Shown: positions 61,281 to 64,000 of the stretch, one piece after another
Numbering within the stretch: position 1 is the stretch's first letter
How the letters are laid out: each line of letters begins with the position of its first letter
Source: Sminthopsis crassicaudata
Lineage: Eukaryota
DNA length: 64,000 nt
Direction: 5' to 3'
Assembly: GCF_048593235.1 (NCBI RefSeq)
Contig: NC_133618.1
Coordinates: forward strand, 631,426,889-631,490,888
Translations under genes and position numbers: made by a program
The notes under the pieces: model-generated
What the model was told of the DNA's origin: nothing
Database searches by the model: none
The model's input: the letters and a program-made list of their open reading frames with translations, nothing else

Positions 61281-62567
61281 CTGACAGAGGGCAAAAGGGG
61301 TCATTTGTAATCGAAGTGGTGGCCCCTCCTACCTGAAGGAGCAGAGGAGTTTAATTAAAATAAGTAATGCCATTTTAAGATGACTTCTCATTGCTCTTTC
61401 AAGGGAACCTCAAATACCAAACCTTCATGCCAGCCCAATCAGTAATATATAATGTCACCTTTCCAGCAAAATCTGTGACCTAATGCAATCATGAGTGTGG
61501 GGCAGCTCTCTGCTTCTCCTAGTAATCACACATATGATTATGAGACACATCATTTAACTGGAAATCAGAAAAAGAGCAAAGCTCACGTGGTCACCTCTCA
61601 GAACTTAACTGACCACTGTCTGCAGGCTGTGCTGAGTCATTTGGGGAACGGGGCAAGTGCAGGACATACTGAGTGCTCCAGGCCCTTTTAGTGATACTAT
61701 GAAGCAAGGAGAAAATCCTCATTTCTGTACAAGGGGCAAATCCTGTTTTCATTGGTTACCTGTGTGTTGCAAACAGAAGAGAAAGAAGAGGAATAATGAA
61801 CAGTTTTTCAAATTCCTCTTGTCAAGTATGCTGTCCACAGCTTCCTGTTCAGGTCTGGGTTGGCCAGAAGGCCTTAAGGGACCGGCCGAGCTCCAAGACT
61901 TGGAAATAAACAGTTTCAAAAGTGGGAGGTTTCCAAGAGGGGGTGGGGTGGGGAAGGGCAGTTGGGACCTCTCAGCTTTAAGGCTTTCTGGTGTACTTTC
62001 TAAACTCAGTCAGTTAATGGGGGTGATGGACGAGAATCCAAATGTACCTGTGGCCTCTATTTAGTAAACATGTCAAGCAGACAGAGTGACCCAAGGTCAA
62101 AGGAGAAAAGCGAAGCCCAAGGACTAAGTTTAACTATCTAGAAAATGAAACAAGGCGACGGTGTGAGTCTTCAGGAAAGTGGTTCATCTTGAATGTTCCT
62201 TGACTTTGTCTTTGTTCAGAACAAATCTGTCGTGGTGTACAAGTGATAGAAAGCATTGTCCCCGGTACAATTTAGTCCAGGCTGTGAAATATCGTCATTT
62301 TAGCAAAGACTTCTGAAATGAAATGAATACACATTTCTGAAAGAAATGCCTGGCTAAATAAATCTTCAGCATTAGGGTCACCAGCCTGAGCAAGAATGAC
62401 ACTTTCCAGGTCCCAAGGCGAGTTTGGGTGCATTCTGCTCTTTGACATTTCTTCTGGCCTGTCCTAACTTCATTACTTATGTCCACCTGTAGTGTAACCT
62501 CATGCTCTCTGTTGAATTATCAAGAACAACAGATCCAGGGACATGTCAGTTTGAACAGAAAAATTAA

Positions 62568-62786
62568 ACCTATTTTTAATTTTTATTTTGTTTTTTTTTT
62601 TTCCTTTTCCTTTTATTTATTTATTTAAAATTAAAGCCTTTTGTTTTCAAAATATATGCATGGAGAATTTTTCAACATTAACGCTTGCAAAATCTTGTAT
62701 TCCAATTCCCCCCCCCCCTTTTCTCTACCCCCTCCTCTAGATGGCAAGTAATCCAATATATGTTAAACATGTAGACCCATTTTTAA
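62568..62786 (-). mobile_element. Short L1 3' end with near-perfect 12-bp TSD
   Basis: ACCTATTTTTAA (62568) / ACCCATTTTTAA (62775) flank a T-rich tail and an L1 3' UTR-like body. Confidence 0.65.
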
Positions 62787-64000
62787 AGGAGACGATTTCC
62801 TCTTTAGTCTCTGGGAGCAGTGCTGGATTTAGACTCAGGAGACACAGATTCACATCTTAGCTTTAACATGTATTTTGTTGTCTGACCTTGAGCAAAACTG
62901 ACATGGGGAAGGCCTTCTCTCTGAAAATCTTAAAGTGCTTTGTAGATAAGTGGGATCTGTCATGATTTAGGCAGAATTACCCAATCAGTACAGGGCTCAT
63001 CATCCAGTGGTTAAAGCTATCCAAAGAAAGGAGATCTATATTATCCTAGCTTAGGGCTCAGCGAGCCAGTACTCATCCTGGAATTCAACTGTTTTCTGAA
63101 GCTAGGAAATACTATTCCTCTTTTATTGGCACATAATGAAATGGGATCAGAATCAGCAGGTGGTGTTCCTCAAACTGCTCCCTTCTGTCCCCATCTTCTA
63201 CTTAGTCTAAACCGCGCTTGGCATTTTTCTGTCTCCCCGTCTTGAATGTAGCTTGTATAATCTCATTTTCTAGAGAGAAGAGCCCGGGCAACATCCTCAG
63301 AGATGTTTGTTGGAAGGGCTTTGGATCTCTCCTTTGCATCCTTTACTTTGCTGTCTGAATTGTTACAGGATCTTAGGCTTAGTTTGAAGAGACCCTAGAA
63401 ATCATCAGTTCCAATCTCTTCATTCTTGAGGAAAGAGCAGCCTGGAGAGTGGCGGGAGAGGCTGGCTCCCCTCATCAGGCTCCCTTCTGGAGCCCTTTTT
63501 AGTCTGCTCAGATCCCACCTCCTTGTTGCTCAGATTGGGTCGTCTGTCTCTCCAGAATCCATCAACAAGCTACTTTTATTAGTCTCCTCTTCTCCCTCTA
63601 GACGATGGCTTTTGTGTCATAGACCCCTTTAGCAATAGTTTGACTCTGGACCCTTTCTCAGAATGATGCTTTTAAGTGCAAAAAACCCACACAGGATCAC
63701 AAAGAAAATTAATGATATTGAAATATGTTTGCCAGACTGTTTAGAAAACAAGTTCTCAGGCCAGAGGCTCAGAACTCCCATAGACTATCCGAATAGCCCT
63801 TACTACTTCTTAAGGTCTCTTTTCCAATCAGCCTTCTTAATATGAGCAATCTGACAAGAGAGTGTAAGGAAAAGCCGGAGGGCAGCCAGGTGGTACAGTG
63901 GCTTAAGCTCTGGGCTTGGAATCAGGAAGACTCCACAAAATTATGCTGTCATAATAACATTTTTATATTATCTAATTATTACAGTGGATCAGATCCTGCG

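Noticed and set aside
61281-64000. Further upstream SCAPER exon
   Set aside because: No SCAPER-like reading frame with splice sites was found. The next exon is presumably beyond the window.
1-64000. CRISPR arrays, rRNA, tRNA genes or prokaryotic operons
   Set aside because: Eukaryotic intron-exon DNA. The only tRNA-like boxes belong to SINE heads.

Overview
Mammalian genomic DNA, almost certainly a marsupial: it carries a WSINE1-like CORE-SINE, RTE and marsupial-type L1 3' tails. A dasyurid draft assembly is plausible but is inference. There are four N-gaps. The window holds the whole ISL2 LIM-homeobox gene on + (6 coding exons, 6970-12846, summing to 359 aa if exon 3 ends at the human-homologous position). 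Convergent to it on - are the last four coding exons of SCAPER (61280-61131, 25983-25792, 23458-23407, 20958-20855), with a ~35 kb intron full of L1, RTE, L2/MIR, SINE, hAT and Tigger remnants. This is the ancient Islet-Scaper microsyntenic pair. I see no new protein-coding system. The best leads are: no canonical GT donor at the end of ISL2 exon 3; an in-frame candidate alternative first exon 3.4 kb upstream; dense homeodomain/POU/MEIS/TCF and PBX-HOX/MEIS motif clusters that look like ISL2 enhancers; a 44-bp templated insertion copied from 2.7 kb away into an L1; and several nested or ultra-short TE insertions with intact target-site duplications. Human protein and repeat-consensus comparisons are from memory, not from searches.
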